From Patescibacteria group bacterium UBA926 (GTDB taxonomy: Bacteria; Patescibacteriota; Doudnabacteria; UBA920): 64,000 nucleotides of DNA. The stretch is from contig DBDS01000007.1 of assembly GCA_002293685.1 (NCBI GenBank), positions 40,140 through 104,139 of the forward strand, given 5' to 3'. The notes below the pieces were generated by a model. That model worked only from the letters and a program-made list of their open reading frames with translations. It was not told the origin of the DNA and did no database searches. Positions 48,157 through 59,247 of this stretch are shown piece after piece. A program made the translations under genes and the position numbers. Numbering within the stretch: position 1 is the first letter of the stretch; every line of letters starts with the position of its first letter.

Positions 48157-50079
48157 TTAAACTTCGATAACTACCGGAAGAATCATAGGGCGGCGCTGGG
48201 TTTTTTGAAATAAATATTCTCCAATATCATCGCGAACTTTTTGACGTAAGTCTGCCCAGTTTGGTTCACCGGTTTTATTACCATTACCTTCCACGATTTT
48301 ACGAATCTCGTGTTTCACTTCGCGAATCAATTCGTCGTTGTTTTTCATGTAGACGAAACCGCGGGAAAGAATTTCTGGGGGATTGATGAGCTTGCCAGTA
48401 TGACGATCAACAGTAGTGATGATTACGAACATACCGTCTTGAGCCATTGCTTGTCGGTCGCGAATTACAACTTCACCAACGTCACCGATACCCAATCCGT
48501 CTACGAATACGTAACCGGAAGGAACTTTTTCGTTGAGCTGTTTAGCTTCACCGCGTTGGTTAATCTCCAAGATTGAACCGTTTTCCAAAAGGAAACAATT
48601 TTCTTCAGGAAGACCAATGCTTTGCGCTAATTTTGCGTGAGCGGCAAGCATGTGCAATTCACCGTGAATCGGTACGAAGAACTTTGGTTTAACTAATTGA
48701 ATCATTAGTTTAAGTTCTTCTTGTTGACCGTGTCCACCGGTGTGAATGTCGAGCACTTTGTTGTAAATTACGTTCGCACCTAAACGAGTTAGGTTGTCGA
48801 TAACAGTAACGATGGAACGTTCGTTTCCAGGAATGCTGGAAGCTGAAATAACAACTGTGTCATCTTTTTTAATTTTTACAAAGCGATGTTCACCGCGCGA
48901 CATACGGGCGAGCTGTGAGCTTTCTTCACCTTGACCACCTGTTGAAAGAATCAAAATTTGGTTGTCAGGGTACTTACTAGCTTGCTCCGATTTAATAATA
49001 ATTTTCGGTTGGATTTTAATGTAACCCATCGAAATCGCTGTTTCTAGAGTGTTAACAATACTGCGTCCAGTAACAATAACTTTACGGTTGTACTTTGCAG
49101 AAAGGTCGAACACTTGTTGAATACGCGCAATCAAAGATGAGAAACTTGTGAATACAATACGACCCTTTGCATCTTGGAAGATACGGTCCATAGTACGTCC
49201 AATTTCCTTTTCCGATTGAGAGTAACCAGGCTTAATCGCGTTGGTTGAGTCGCTCATCAAAGCAAGTACGCCTTCGCCACCGAAGCTGGCAATTTTATGG
49301 AATTCGGTTTGTACTTCGTTCACTGGAGTGTGGTCAAATTTCCAGTCACCAGTATGAATAACTTGGCCGATTGGGGTTTTGATAGATAGTCCTACAGAAT
49401 CAGGGATGTTGTGGTTTACCGCAAAGAAGCGAATTTGAAAGTTACCGAGAGGAACCATGTCGTCACGCTGGACAACATTAATTTTTGCCCGTTCCGCTAA
49501 GTTAAATTCTTCGAGACGCTTTTTAATCATTCCCGCTGATAGTTGCAAAGTGTAAATTGGTGGATCACCAAGTTTTGCTAGTAAGTAGGGGATAGCACCG
49601 ATATGGTCCATGTGACCATGAGTCACAAAGAGACCGCGAATATTATCTTTTTTATCTTCCAGATATTTTGTTTCTGGAATGATGTAGTCGATTCCAGGAG
49701 TGGTTTCGTCCGGAAACGCAAAACCAGCATCAACAATAATGATGTCATTACCAAATTCGTAAGCCATCATGTTTGCTCCGACTTCTTCAAGACCACCCAA
49801 TGGGATGATGCGAAGTGTGTCGCGAGAAACTGTATAAACACTGTTAGAGCCAGAGGCTATTCTTTCCAGTGGTGTGATTTTACTTTCGGTCGGCATAATA
49901 GGAAATTTGCGACCATTGGAGCGAGACTTGGAACCATTACCAGAATGTGTTCGGCCTGCAGAGATTGCTGGTTTGTTATTTGAAGCATTTGGCCGGGAAG
50001 GCCGTGCGGTCGGTCTTGCCGGACCGCGAGAGTGTGATGTTCTTCGGGAATCTCCGTCAGAACTTGTTTTTTTTACCAT
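48157..50079 (-). CDS. rnj: Ribonuclease J (metallo-beta-lactamase / beta-CASP) with a basic N-terminal extension of about 100 aa.
   Basis: HGHMDHIGAIPYL motif. beta-CASP region. N-terminus rich in R/S/T/P. Confidence 0.9.
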   Translation of the reverse strand: MVKKTSSDGDSRRTSHSRGPARPTARPSRPNASNNKPAISAGRTHSGNGSKSRSNGRKFPIMPTESKITPLERIASGSNSVYTVSRDTLRIIPLGGLEEVGANMMAYEFGNDIIIVDAGFAFPDETTPGIDYIIPETKYLEDKKDNIRGLFVTHGHMDHIGAIPYLLAKLGDPPIYTLQLSAGMIKKRLEEFNLAERAKINVVQRDDMVPLGNFQIRFFAVNHNIPDSVGLSIKTPIGQVIHTGDWKFDHTPVNEVQTEFHKIASFGGEGVLALMSDSTNAIKPGYSQSEKEIGRTMDRIFQDAKGRIVFTSFSSLIARIQQVFDLSAKYNRKVIVTGRSIVNTLETAISMGYIKIQPKIIIKSEQASKYPDNQILILSTGGQGEESSQLARMSRGEHRFVKIKKDDTVVISASSIPGNERSIVTVIDNLTRLGANVIYNKVLDIHTGGHGQQEELKLMIQLVKPKFFVPIHGELHMLAAHAKLAQSIGLPEENCFLLENGSILEINQRGEAKQLNEKVPSGYVFVDGLGIGDVGEVVIRDRQAMAQDGMFVIITTVDRHTGKLINPPEILSRGFVYMKNNDELIREVKHEIRKIVEGNGNKTGEPNWADLRQKVRDDIGEYLFQKTQRRPMILPVVIEV

Positions 50080-50587
50080 AGTTTATAAATGTACGTTTTC
50101 CGTACTTTGATTATAGAAAAAGTTTTTGCATTTCTGTGAGAACTTTCAATTTCTGTGCACGGAACGCCTAAAAAATTGTTCGCGTCGTGCGGGTGAACTT
50201 GTTGAAAATTCTGTAACATCCGGAATTGCATCGAAAAACTTAGATGCTAATAGCAAAAACTTTTTCATTAATAATTTTTGTGTTGATAGAATTCGAGAAA
50301 TTTTGGTCTGTATAATTTTGTCTCCAAAATAAATCTAAGATTCTAGGAATCAGGGAAGTGGCTTCCGGGGCCGCCTTCGCATGACTTTTACAAACATCTT
50401 GTTTGCAATTAACACATGAATGCTTACTTGATCTGTCATCCCAAGTCCGCTAAAGACGGATTAAGGATCTCAAATAAAAACTCATCTATTAATTGAGTAA
50501 GTTTAGTATACCAGTCATTGGCTTTTTTGTCAACCAACTTTTACCAGAAAACCCTTAAATAAAGGGTATTTTGACCAGTGTTGTATT

Positions 50588-52342
50588 TTAATTTTTTTGC
50601 AAAACCCGTTTAGTTTCTAAATACCAATCGCGAAGATTGAAGAAGCGCACGGTTTCATCGGGCATTTTAGAAACAGAGAAGCCCTTGATATTGTCGTTGA
50701 TTGCGTAAGTGTAAACAGATTGAACCAAAAAGATGGCTGGTAAATCTTGCTTCATAATATTATGAAGTTGAATGTACTTCTCATCTCGAATAGTTCTATC
50801 TGTGGTTGCTCGCGCTTCACTAATTAAAGCATCAACAGCATTGTTGGCGTAGCTGGATAAGTTAAGTCCTGGCGCTTTGGTCTGACTGGAATGCCAGAAT
50901 ACAAATGGGTCAGGATCGGCGCCAAGCTTGTGTGCAAACAAAAGCATGTCGTACGCGCGTGGTTGAATAACTTGTTCGTTTAATTCACGAGTTGGCATTG
51001 AAATCAACTCAACTTCAACCCCAAGCTCACGCCATTGCTCGATGATCATTTCTGCTGCGCGTAAATTTATCCAATTTTCGTTGGTTGCTAAACGGTACTT
51101 AAGTTGCTGGGTTCCTTTTTGACGTACGTTCCCGCCTTCAGGATAAAACCACCCTGCTTGTTCAAGTAAAAGCTTCGCTTCATCTAGATTAGTATTTGAA
51201 GTTGGTTCGGGTAAATTGGAAACTTGCTGAGCTAGAATTGGACTTTCGATTAGTAAACCTTGGTTGTCAAAAACTTCACTTAGAATTGCGGACTTATCGG
51301 TTGCTGTGTTTAAAGCTTGGCGAACACGAACTTCACCTAAACTTCTTACAGTTGTATTGAAGAATAAGGCTTGATATTGAGGTAAAGGAATTTGATGAAT
51401 AGTTAAACCTTTGGCGGACTGTCTAACTTGAACTCGGTTTTCAAACTGATTAAAACCAAAACCAGAAATTAGGTTGCCGTGTAATGCTTTTAATAAACTC
51501 TCAGCGTCATCAAAGAATTTAATTTCGACACTTTTAATGTAGCTTGGGCGGGTGTGGAAATTATTGAAAGCTTTTAAGGAGATACTCTGAACAGAGCCAT
51601 CAGTTAATTGACTAACTTCATTAACTTGATATGGTCCATTCCCAATCGGTTGAATATTGCCTTGTGATTGAATGAATTCTTCAGGTGATAATTTACTCCA
51701 AATCGTTTCACTGATTATCGGCAGTGTGAGATTGTTTAAAAATGGTCCAGAAGGTGCGCTGAGCGTAAACTGCACCGTCCTTTCATCAATAGCAGTGACA
51801 GTTGTAGAAAGCCAATCTATACGTTTCGGACTATTGTATTCTGGGTTTTGAAGTGTGCGAATAGTGTAAACTACATCCGAGCTAGTTACGGTTAAGCCGT
51901 TGTGCCATTGAGCATCACGAAGTTTGATAGTGTAGACTTTGCGGTCATCCGAAATTTCTGGAAAGTTTTCTGCTAAATCTGGTTCAACCTTCCCTTCAGC
52001 ATCATATTTATAAAGCCCCGCATAGATTAAGTTTACTAACGCTCTATCGGTACTAGAGGTTGCGTAGAGGGGATTGATAAATCTTGGTTGGCCAATAATT
52101 CCTTCAATGTAATTTCCTCCTGAATTAGGAACAACAGCAGTGTATGCTCCAAGGAAATTTCTGGAAGAGAAGCCGAAACTGACTAGGGCAACTAAGACTA
52201 AAGCAATCCAGATTCGCTTTTCGAATTTACCCATTAATGAAAAAACTCTCCTGAAGCCGGAAAGTCGGGTTTGAGGTAATACGCGCAATCCTTCGAGGAT
52301 GCGTTTACTTTGCACTGATAAATTGTTACTAAAACTATTCAC
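50588..52342 (-). CDS. ABC transporter substrate-binding protein, family 5 (peptide/nickel type), membrane-anchored.
   Basis: N-terminal transmembrane helix. Length and composition typical of OppA/DppA-like substrate-binding proteins. Confidence 0.65.
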   Translation of the reverse strand: MNSFSNNLSVQSKRILEGLRVLPQTRLSGFRRVFSLMGKFEKRIWIALVLVALVSFGFSSRNFLGAYTAVVPNSGGNYIEGIIGQPRFINPLYATSSTDRALVNLIYAGLYKYDAEGKVEPDLAENFPEISDDRKVYTIKLRDAQWHNGLTVTSSDVVYTIRTLQNPEYNSPKRIDWLSTTVTAIDERTVQFTLSAPSGPFLNNLTLPIISETIWSKLSPEEFIQSQGNIQPIGNGPYQVNEVSQLTDGSVQSISLKAFNNFHTRPSYIKSVEIKFFDDAESLLKALHGNLISGFGFNQFENRVQVRQSAKGLTIHQIPLPQYQALFFNTTVRSLGEVRVRQALNTATDKSAILSEVFDNQGLLIESPILAQQVSNLPEPTSNTNLDEAKLLLEQAGWFYPEGGNVRQKGTQQLKYRLATNENWINLRAAEMIIEQWRELGVEVELISMPTRELNEQVIQPRAYDMLLFAHKLGADPDPFVFWHSSQTKAPGLNLSSYANNAVDALISEARATTDRTIRDEKYIQLHNIMKQDLPAIFLVQSVYTYAINDNIKGFSVSKMPDETVRFFNLRDWYLETKRVLQKN

Positions 52343-52360
52343 AATAAGGCTTGTGCCAGA

Positions 52361-52588
52361 TTAGCGATTGAGGAGGACAATTGTTAAGCTAATGCCAGCG
52401 AATAAAACCCCGAGTACAATTGTCGCATAGAATAACCATTTATCTGAACCACGGCGAGTAGTAACAACACCACCACCACCAAAAACGTTGGATAAACCAG
52501 CAGATTTATTTTGAAGGGTGACAGTAATGATCAATAAAACCATAACTACCATGTCGATAATTGTTAGAATATACGCTAGATTTCTCAT
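52361..52588 (-). CDS. secG: Preprotein translocase subunit SecG.
   Basis: 75 aa. Two transmembrane helices. LQNKSAGLSNVFGGGG...RRG motif. Confidence 0.7.
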   Translation of the reverse strand: MRNLAYILTIIDMVVMVLLIITVTLQNKSAGLSNVFGGGGVVTTRRGSDKWLFYATIVLGVLFAGISLTIVLLNR

Positions 52589-52703
52589 AGATTTTGTGTC
52601 GGGAAGTTAAAAATTAAGCTTAGTCATTATAGTAATTTGAGGCAGTTGTGTCAATTAAACCTGGAAGGTATAATTGAAAGCGAAAACTAAGGAGGGAAAA
52701 TTG

Positions 52704-53024
52704 ATGGCATGGGGAGATAATAGTAAATTTTCGGAAGACGAACCATTGTGGTCGTTGGTTAAAGAAAGCTCAGGCAGTACTACAATTACACTAATGGCAG
52801 AGACCAGGACTGCTCGCGATGAACGACATAGCGGTAAAGAGCCCAGTGACCGCAAAGAGACAGTGGTTGATTTGGACGAAGATCTCAATCGCTTCATTAA
52901 CAAAAACCGTCGCGATTGTAGACATGAGGAGTTGCTTGCTTTAATTCAAGTGGTATCGGTAGAATCCGTCGCGCTTGAAGCGAGGAAGATTCGAGCACAA
53001 AAGACTACTTCAAGTATTTTATGA
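52704..53024 (+). CDS. Hypothetical protein.
   Basis: SD AGGAGGG 7 nt upstream of the ATG at 52704. Charged, about 106 aa. Confidence 0.35.
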   Translation: MAWGDNSKFSEDEPLWSLVKESSGSTTITLMAETRTARDERHSGKEPSDRKETVVDLDEDLNRFINKNRRDCRHEELLALIQVVSVESVALEARKIRAQKTTSSIL

Positions 53025-54891
53025 TGGCCTCAGCTTTTGCTTCACCAACGAGCTTGGTGAGTTCTTCTATCGGTGCGTGTTTGATTTGATCAACCGTACC
53101 GATTTTTTGTTTCAGTAATTTTTTAGTTTTTGGTCCGATTCCTGGAATCGAGTCGAGTGCAGATTTTGTAGCCTGTTTGCTTCGCAAAGATTTATGGAAT
53201 GTGATGCCAAATCTATGGGCTTCGTCGCGAAGTCTTTGTAATAGTTGAAGAACTGGATTGTCGTGGGACAATACTATCGGATCTTTTTGGTTGGGTAAAA
53301 AGATTTCTTCGATTCGCTTGGCAAGTCCAATCACAGGGATTTTGAGTTTAGCTTCTTTTAATGCTTCTACAGCCATTTTGAGCTGACCTTTACCACCGTC
53401 TATAACTAGCAAGTCTGGAATAGGCCACGCGTCTTTGGGGTCGGTAGGATTTACGCGAGTAAGTCGTCGCCCCAGCATCTGTTTCATCATGGCGAAATCG
53501 TCTGGAGTTTGTTTACCTGTGATTTTAAATTTGCGATACTCAGATTTTGCAGCAACACCATCTTTGGCGACGACCATACTTCCAACCGGATTGGTTCCTT
53601 GCGTGTTGCTTATGTCGTAGCCTTCAATCCGTCTTGGGGTAGTTGGCAATTTGAGTAATTTTTTTAACTCAGCCAAAGTTTCTTGAATCAAATCTGAATT
53701 ACTAGCTTGACTGCGTTGCCATTTCATCAGATGTTCCTTTGCATTTGTTTCACCCATGGCAATGAGTTTTAGTTTTTGACCACGAGTAGGGGAGCTAATC
53801 GCGATTTTAGTTTTGGTACGTGTTGCTAGAAGTGTAGTGAGTAATGGTTTGTTTGGTAGTTCGATTTGGGTGAAAATTTCCTTTGGTAAATCGGTCGCTT
53901 CGGCGTAATACATCTCTGAAAAAGCTTGAAGCACAGTTGCTCCGCGTTCTTCTTCTGGAATCGCCAACAAATTTTGATACAAGAAATTCTCTTTGTCCAT
54001 TAATTTGCCTTCGCGGACCTTGAAAAGGTTTACTCCAGCTGTGAGGCTGTCGCAGTAAATTGAAATAAAGTCCCATGACACTTTTTTGGTTAGAACCGTG
54101 AGTTGCTTTTCTTGCAGAACGGCAATGGCTTTGAATTCATCTCTAAGACGCGCCGCTTTCTCGAACTGTTTTCGTCTCGCCGCGACTTTCATCTCGGCTT
54201 GAATTTGTTTAACTATTGGTGCGGTTTGGCCAGAAAGGAACAAAGAAATTTTTTGAATGTGCAAATCATATTCTTCAGGAGACATTAAGCCGATGCAAAC
54301 TCCTGGACAACGATGGAGGAAATAATAGAAGCACGGGCGCTTGCCGACTTCTTTGTTGGCGCAAAAATGAAAGACGCGCCTAACTAAGTCTAAAGTTTGC
54401 CCAATTTTTTTGGTTGATGAGTACGGTCCGAAGAATTTATCCCGGGTTTTTTCCTCCCTTCGGGATGAAGTCAAGGAATCTAAGTTTTCCCCTCCTCGCT
54501 TGCGAGGAGGGGTGGCCCGTAGGGCCGGGGTGGTGTCTTCAACTTTACGAACATAAGTAATTTGCGGAATCTCAGTAGAATAATCGATTTTAATAAACGC
54601 GTAATTTTTATCATCACGCAACATGATGTTGTACGGAGGGAGATGCTCTTTAATCAGAGTATTTTCTAAGAATAAACTTTCGAGTTCGGAGTTCACTACT
54701 ATATAATCGAAATCGGTTGCTTCAGCCATAAGGAAGGGGAGTTGAGCACGGGTGTCTGTGCCAGAAAAATATTGTGCCAATCGACTACGCAAAACTTTTG
54801 CTTTTCCCACATACAAAACAGTTCCAGTTTTATCTAGGAACTTGTAAACGCCCGGCTTGCGGGGAACGTCCTTGACTTTGTTTTTCAGCAT
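53005..54891 (-). CDS. uvrC: Excinuclease ABC subunit C. It carries an in-frame family-B repeat insertion.
   Basis: GIY-YIG (GVYKFLDKTGTVLYVGKAKVLRSRL). UvrBC domain. RNaseH-like and HhH C-terminus. The inserted peptide TTPALRATPPRKRGGENL is encoded by repeat B. Confidence 0.9.
   Translation of the reverse strand: MLKNKVKDVPRKPGVYKFLDKTGTVLYVGKAKVLRSRLAQYFSGTDTRAQLPFLMAEATDFDYIVVNSELESLFLENTLIKEHLPPYNIMLRDDKNYAFIKIDYSTEIPQITYVRKVEDTTPALRATPPRKRGGENLDSLTSSRREEKTRDKFFGPYSSTKKIGQTLDLVRRVFHFCANKEVGKRPCFYYFLHRCPGVCIGLMSPEEYDLHIQKISLFLSGQTAPIVKQIQAEMKVAARRKQFEKAARLRDEFKAIAVLQEKQLTVLTKKVSWDFISIYCDSLTAGVNLFKVREGKLMDKENFLYQNLLAIPEEERGATVLQAFSEMYYAEATDLPKEIFTQIELPNKPLLTTLLATRTKTKIAISSPTRGQKLKLIAMGETNAKEHLMKWQRSQASNSDLIQETLAELKKLLKLPTTPRRIEGYDISNTQGTNPVGSMVVAKDGVAAKSEYRKFKITGKQTPDDFAMMKQMLGRRLTRVNPTDPKDAWPIPDLLVIDGGKGQLKMAVEALKEAKLKIPVIGLAKRIEEIFLPNQKDPIVLSHDNPVLQLLQRLRDEAHRFGITFHKSLRSKQATKSALDSIPGIGPKTKKLLKQKIGTVDQIKHAPIEELTKLVGEAKAEAIIKYLK
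54490..54536. repeat. Family-B double-hairpin repeat, inserted in-frame in uvrC.
   Basis: CCCCTCCTCGCTTGCGAGGAGGGGTGGCCCGTAGGGCCGGGGTGGTG. Confidence 0.7.
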
Positions 54892-54935
54892 ACCTATATT
54901 ATATACACTTTAAACTTGATTACGAAGGGGGGATT

Positions 54936-55319
54936 ATGAAGGTCTTTGCAGGGATAGTATGTTTTTGTTTAGGTTTGTTGTTTATCGCTTTGCTGGCGTA
55001 TATATTGCACATCTCATCAGATTATAGAGGTCTGTGGCTCGCTCTAAAAATATTTTATGGTGGAGCGGTAGCAATGATGGCGTATTGCATGTTTAAATTT
55101 TCTCTCAGATTCTTTAAGGATTGGCAATTCGATAGAGAGTTAGATATCCTCGCTAAGAATTACCAAGAATCCGAACCGGGGCAATTGGAGTTAGATTGTT
55201 CTTCTCAACGTTTAGCGAACGAGTTTTGGCGATTATATAAAGACACTCAGAATGGTCGAATGTATGATCGGCAAAAATATGATTCTGAAAATAAAAAGCT
55301 ACGTTTCAAAAAGCGGTAA
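54936..55319 (+). CDS. Hypothetical membrane protein.
   Basis: 127 aa. Two transmembrane helices and a charged C-terminus. Confidence 0.4.
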   Translation: MKVFAGIVCFCLGLLFIALLAYILHISSDYRGLWLALKIFYGGAVAMMAYCMFKFSLRFFKDWQFDRELDILAKNYQESEPGQLELDCSSQRLANEFWRLYKDTQNGRMYDRQKYDSENKKLRFKKR

Positions 55320-55443
55320 CAGCTTTTAACCCTACACTTCATTTTGAGGTGTAGGGTTCTTGTTTTTTTGTGAAATTTCTGCTAGCGTTATTAAAGTTTC
55401 AAGAAAAACTCAAGAAACCAAATTAGAGAAACATAATAACCTT

Positions 55444-58329
55444 ATGCCCAAGAAAACCCCTTTAAAAGCTTCTAAAACTACTGTTAAAAGCAATGAACAC
55501 AAGATTGTGGTTCGTGGTGCGCGCGTGCACAATTTAAAAAATGTTGATATAGATTTGCCACGTCACAAACTGATTGTGATGACCGGATTGTCTGGTAGCG
55601 GTAAATCGTCTTTAGCTTTCGACACTATTTATGCCGAAGGTCAGCGTCGTTACGTTGAGTCTTTGTCGGCTTATGCGCGCCAATTCATCGGCTTAATGGA
55701 TAAGCCAGATGTCGATAAAATTGAAGGATTGTCTCCAGCGATTTCCATCGATCAAAAATCTGCATCACACAATCCAAGATCTACTGTCGGTACTGTTACC
55801 GAAATTTATGACTACATGAGATTGCTTTACGCACGTATCGGAATTCCTCATTGTCCGGTTTGCGGTAAGCGCGTTGAAGGTCAGACTCTTCAAGCCATGG
55901 TAGAAAATATTTTGGCGATGCCCGAGGGAAGTCGAATCATGTTGTTAGCTCCTTTAATCCGCGATCAAAAAGGTGAACACAAGCTCGTGTTCGAGCAACT
56001 TAAAAAATCTGGATTTTCCAGAGTTCGTGTTGATGGTTCAATCATGGATTTAACAGAAGCTGCCCAATTAAATTTAGATAAACAAAAGAAACATTCCATC
56101 GAAGTAATTGTCGACCGCATTGCAGTTAATAAAGAAGACCGTGCAAGACTCTCCGAAAGCTTAGAAAAGACTTTAGATTATGGAGACCAATCTGCTTTAG
56201 TCTTGGTGATGAAAAATGATTCTGTGGAAAAAGAAATTCCGTTATCTCAAAAATTTGCTTGTCCAAGCGGACATGCTATCGCCCTAACCGAACTTGATCC
56301 TCGTGAATTTTCCTTCAACAGTCCTCACGGTGCTTGTCCTGAATGTAAAGGTTTGGGAACAAAACTTACTGTTGAACCAGACCTAGTAATCGCTAACCCA
56401 AAATTGACTTTAGCCGAGGGCGCAATCAGACCATGGAGTAAAACAACTTCACGGGTGTCCTGGTATTCTAGGGTGCTTGAATCAGTTGCAAAAGAATATG
56501 GTTTTTCGGTTAGTGTTCCTGTAAAAGATTTGCCAAAAAAAGCAATCGACATAATTATGAACGGTACCGGCGGTAAAAAAATTATGATGCCAACCGAAGG
56601 CGGACGCTACTATCAAGCCAATTTTGAAGGCGTAATTGCTCAGCTGGAACGACGTTGGCGCGAAACCGAATCCGATTACATGCGCAATGAAATTGAAAAC
56701 TACATGCGGATTCGCAAGTGTGGAACTTGTGGCGGAAAACGGCTTAAGCCAGAAGTTCTTTCGGTCACAGTTGGAGGTGAGGGTATTGTCGAAGTTTCTC
56801 AAAAGTCCATAGAAGACGCTGCGGTGTTTTTTGAAGGGCTTCCAAAACTACTTAATGCCAAAGAAATGGCTATTGCCAATCTAATCTTAAAAGAAATTAC
56901 AGCCCGACTTAAATTCTTGTTGGACGTCGGCTTGTCGTACTTATCTCTGGATAGAGGCGCAGATACTCTTAGCGGTGGAGAAGCACAACGTATTCGTTTG
57001 GCAACCCAGATTGGTTCAGGCTTAACTGGTGTCCTCTATATATTGGATGAACCTTCGATTGGTTTGCATCAACGCGACAACACTCGCTTGCTCACTACTT
57101 TAAAAAATTTGCGTGATCTTGGTAATACCGTGATTGTGGTTGAACATGATGAAGAAACAATCCGTGAAGCGGATTACGTTGTCGACATTGGACCAGGAGC
57201 AGGAAAACATGGTGGTGAAATCGTCGCCGAAGGACTTCCCGCCGACATCGAAAAGAATAAAGTTTCAATTACCGGACAGTACTTAAGCGGTAAAGAAGAA
57301 ATTTCAATTCCAAAACGCCGCCGTCCAGGTAATGGTAAGAAATTACAAATCATTGGTGCGACCGAGAATAATTTAAAAGATGTAAGTGTCGATATCCCGC
57401 TAGGAAAATTTGTCTGCATCACTGGTGTTTCTGGAAGCGGAAAATCAACTTTATTGAATGACATTTTGGCGAAAGCTTTATCTAAGTATTTTTGGAATAG
57501 CAAAGACGAACCAGGTGAGCACAAGAAATTATTAGGAATTGATCATATCGACAAAGTAATCAACATTGACCAATCACCAATCGGTCGAACACCGCGCTCG
57601 AATCCTGCAACATACACAGGTATTTTCACTTACATCCGTGATTTATTCGCCGAAACTCGCGAAGCAAAAATGAAAGGCTATAAAGCCGGTCGTTTCAGCT
57701 TCAATGTTAAGGGCGGTCGTTGTGAAAAGTGTCAGGGTGACGGTGTGATAAAGGTAGAAATGAATTTCTTGCCTGATGTATATATCACTTGCGAAGAATG
57801 TAATGGCAAGCGCTACAACCGCGAAGCTTTGGAAATTCACTACAATGGAAAAACTATTTCTGATGTTTTGCAAATGACAGTGGATGAAGCAAAGCAATTT
57901 TACGCAAACGTTCCTCCAGTTAAGCGCAAACTGGATACTCTATCCGAAGTTGGACTAGGTTACATGCACCTTGGACAGAACGCAACCACATTGAGCGGTG
58001 GGGAAGCGCAGCGTATTAAACTTGCGACAGAGCTTTCTCGTGCGCAAACTGGCCGCACACTATATATCTTAGACGAACCAACCACAGGTCTTCACTTTGC
58101 AGACGTGAAGCGCCTAATTTATGTTCTCAATCAATTGGTTGAAAAAGGCAATACTGTAATCGTGATTGAACACAACTTAGATATGATTAAGACCGCCGAT
58201 TGGATAGTTGATCTTGGCCCGGAAGGTGGGGACAAAGGTGGAATTATAGTAGCAGCAGGAACGCCCGAAGATGTAGCTAAGGTGAAGAAAAGTTATACTG
58301 GTCAGTATTTGAAGAAAATGTTGAAATAG
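55444..58329 (+). CDS. uvrA: Excinuclease ABC subunit A.
   Basis: Two ABC ATPase modules ([18 protein letters not shown]). Zinc fingers (CPVCGKR, C..C..C). LSGGEAQR signatures. Confidence 0.92.
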   Translation: MPKKTPLKASKTTVKSNEHKIVVRGARVHNLKNVDIDLPRHKLIVMTGLSGSGKSSLAFDTIYAEGQRRYVESLSAYARQFIGLMDKPDVDKIEGLSPAISIDQKSASHNPRSTVGTVTEIYDYMRLLYARIGIPHCPVCGKRVEGQTLQAMVENILAMPEGSRIMLLAPLIRDQKGEHKLVFEQLKKSGFSRVRVDGSIMDLTEAAQLNLDKQKKHSIEVIVDRIAVNKEDRARLSESLEKTLDYGDQSALVLVMKNDSVEKEIPLSQKFACPSGHAIALTELDPREFSFNSPHGACPECKGLGTKLTVEPDLVIANPKLTLAEGAIRPWSKTTSRVSWYSRVLESVAKEYGFSVSVPVKDLPKKAIDIIMNGTGGKKIMMPTEGGRYYQANFEGVIAQLERRWRETESDYMRNEIENYMRIRKCGTCGGKRLKPEVLSVTVGGEGIVEVSQKSIEDAAVFFEGLPKLLNAKEMAIANLILKEITARLKFLLDVGLSYLSLDRGADTLSGGEAQRIRLATQIGSGLTGVLYILDEPSIGLHQRDNTRLLTTLKNLRDLGNTVIVVEHDEETIREADYVVDIGPGAGKHGGEIVAEGLPADIEKNKVSITGQYLSGKEEISIPKRRRPGNGKKLQIIGATENNLKDVSVDIPLGKFVCITGVSGSGKSTLLNDILAKALSKYFWNSKDEPGEHKKLLGIDHIDKVINIDQSPIGRTPRSNPATYTGIFTYIRDLFAETREAKMKGYKAGRFSFNVKGGRCEKCQGDGVIKVEMNFLPDVYITCEECNGKRYNREALEIHYNGKTISDVLQMTVDEAKQFYANVPPVKRKLDTLSEVGLGYMHLGQNATTLSGGEAQRIKLATELSRAQTGRTLYILDEPTTGLHFADVKRLIYVLNQLVEKGNTVIVIEHNLDMIKTADWIVDLGPEGGDKGGIIVAAGTPEDVAKVKKSYTGQYLKKMLK

Positions 58330-58550
58330 AATTATAAGCCCTCGCTTCGCGAGGGCTTTGTGTAAGCTAATCCTTACGGGTTTGTATGTTCGGTCTCTTG
58401 AGCTACGCCCGCCTAAATCTCCAATGAGATTTAGGCGGGCTGGGCTGCAAAGGCCCTCACTTAACAAACCCGTAAGGAGATCAAGAGAGAGTGTATAGTT
58501 GTGGTCGCAGCAAGCGCTCCACCTGTCAAAAAGGATAGGGTGGTAATAAA

Positions 58551-58588
58551 AAAATCCCACCTCGCTAGATGCGAAGTGGGTGTTTTGT
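58551..58588 (-). terminator. Rho-independent terminator for the minus-strand gene at 58657-58839.
   Basis: Minus-strand hairpin CCCACTTCGCATCTAGCGAGGTGGG followed by ATTTTTTT. Confidence 0.55.
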
Positions 58589-58656
58589 TAAATGTCATCA
58601 AGGACATGCGGGTCTAATAGGAGACCAAGGGCGAGAGCAATGGGAACTCCGCAAGC

Positions 58657-58839
58657 TCAGTCGTTTTGAATTTCTTTTTCCTTTTGTTGAGCAGCTGTGA
58701 GGTGCTCGTCGGGAATCGTTTGTGCGATTTCCGTAACAATCTCATTTGTTACACTCTGACTCAGTTTTTGGTCCGGAGTCACTTTCAAAATTTCCTTAAC
58801 AGCTTCTTGTTTTAAAAGAGCTGTTTTTTGATTTGACAT
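58657..58839 (-). CDS. Small hypothetical protein (60 aa).
   Basis: Charged helical peptide. Terminator downstream. Confidence 0.4.
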   Translation of the reverse strand: MSNQKTALLKQEAVKEILKVTPDQKLSQSVTNEIVTEIAQTIPDEHLTAAQQKEKEIQND

Positions 58840-58861
58840 GATGTTTCCTCCTGAGTGAAAT

Positions 58862-59230
58862 CTATTTTCGGTAGTTCAAGTATATCAAAGAAACTATTTT
58901 TGACAAGTTGATTCCCATTAGTGCCACAAGTAGCCAGTAGTCTAGTTGGTGAGAAATAAATACTTGGTAAAGAACTCCAAGCGATAAGATAACAGAACCG
59001 GCAATCATGGCGGCGCGGTTTGCAATCATTCGGTGATGAGCTTCGCGTTCATCTTCTTTAGGACCTTCACCAACTAACGACATCGCCACGACATAAATAG
59101 CTAAAGCAACACCTATGCTTACCATAGCAGGCATCTTCATAGCTTCAGTCGATTGTGTTTGAGAAATAAGGTAGCCTGTTACAATCGCAAGGAATAGTAA
59201 AAGGGATAGGTAATATAAAATTAGCTTCAT
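58862..59230 (-). CDS. Hypothetical membrane protein (four transmembrane helices).
   Basis: 122 aa. Lies immediately downstream of the XRE regulator gene. Confidence 0.45.
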   Translation of the reverse strand: MKLILYYLSLLLFLAIVTGYLISQTQSTEAMKMPAMVSIGVALAIYVVAMSLVGEGPKEDEREAHHRMIANRAAMIAGSVILSLGVLYQVFISHQLDYWLLVALMGINLSKIVSLIYLNYRK

Positions 59231-59247
59231 AAATTTAGTTTAGCAGA

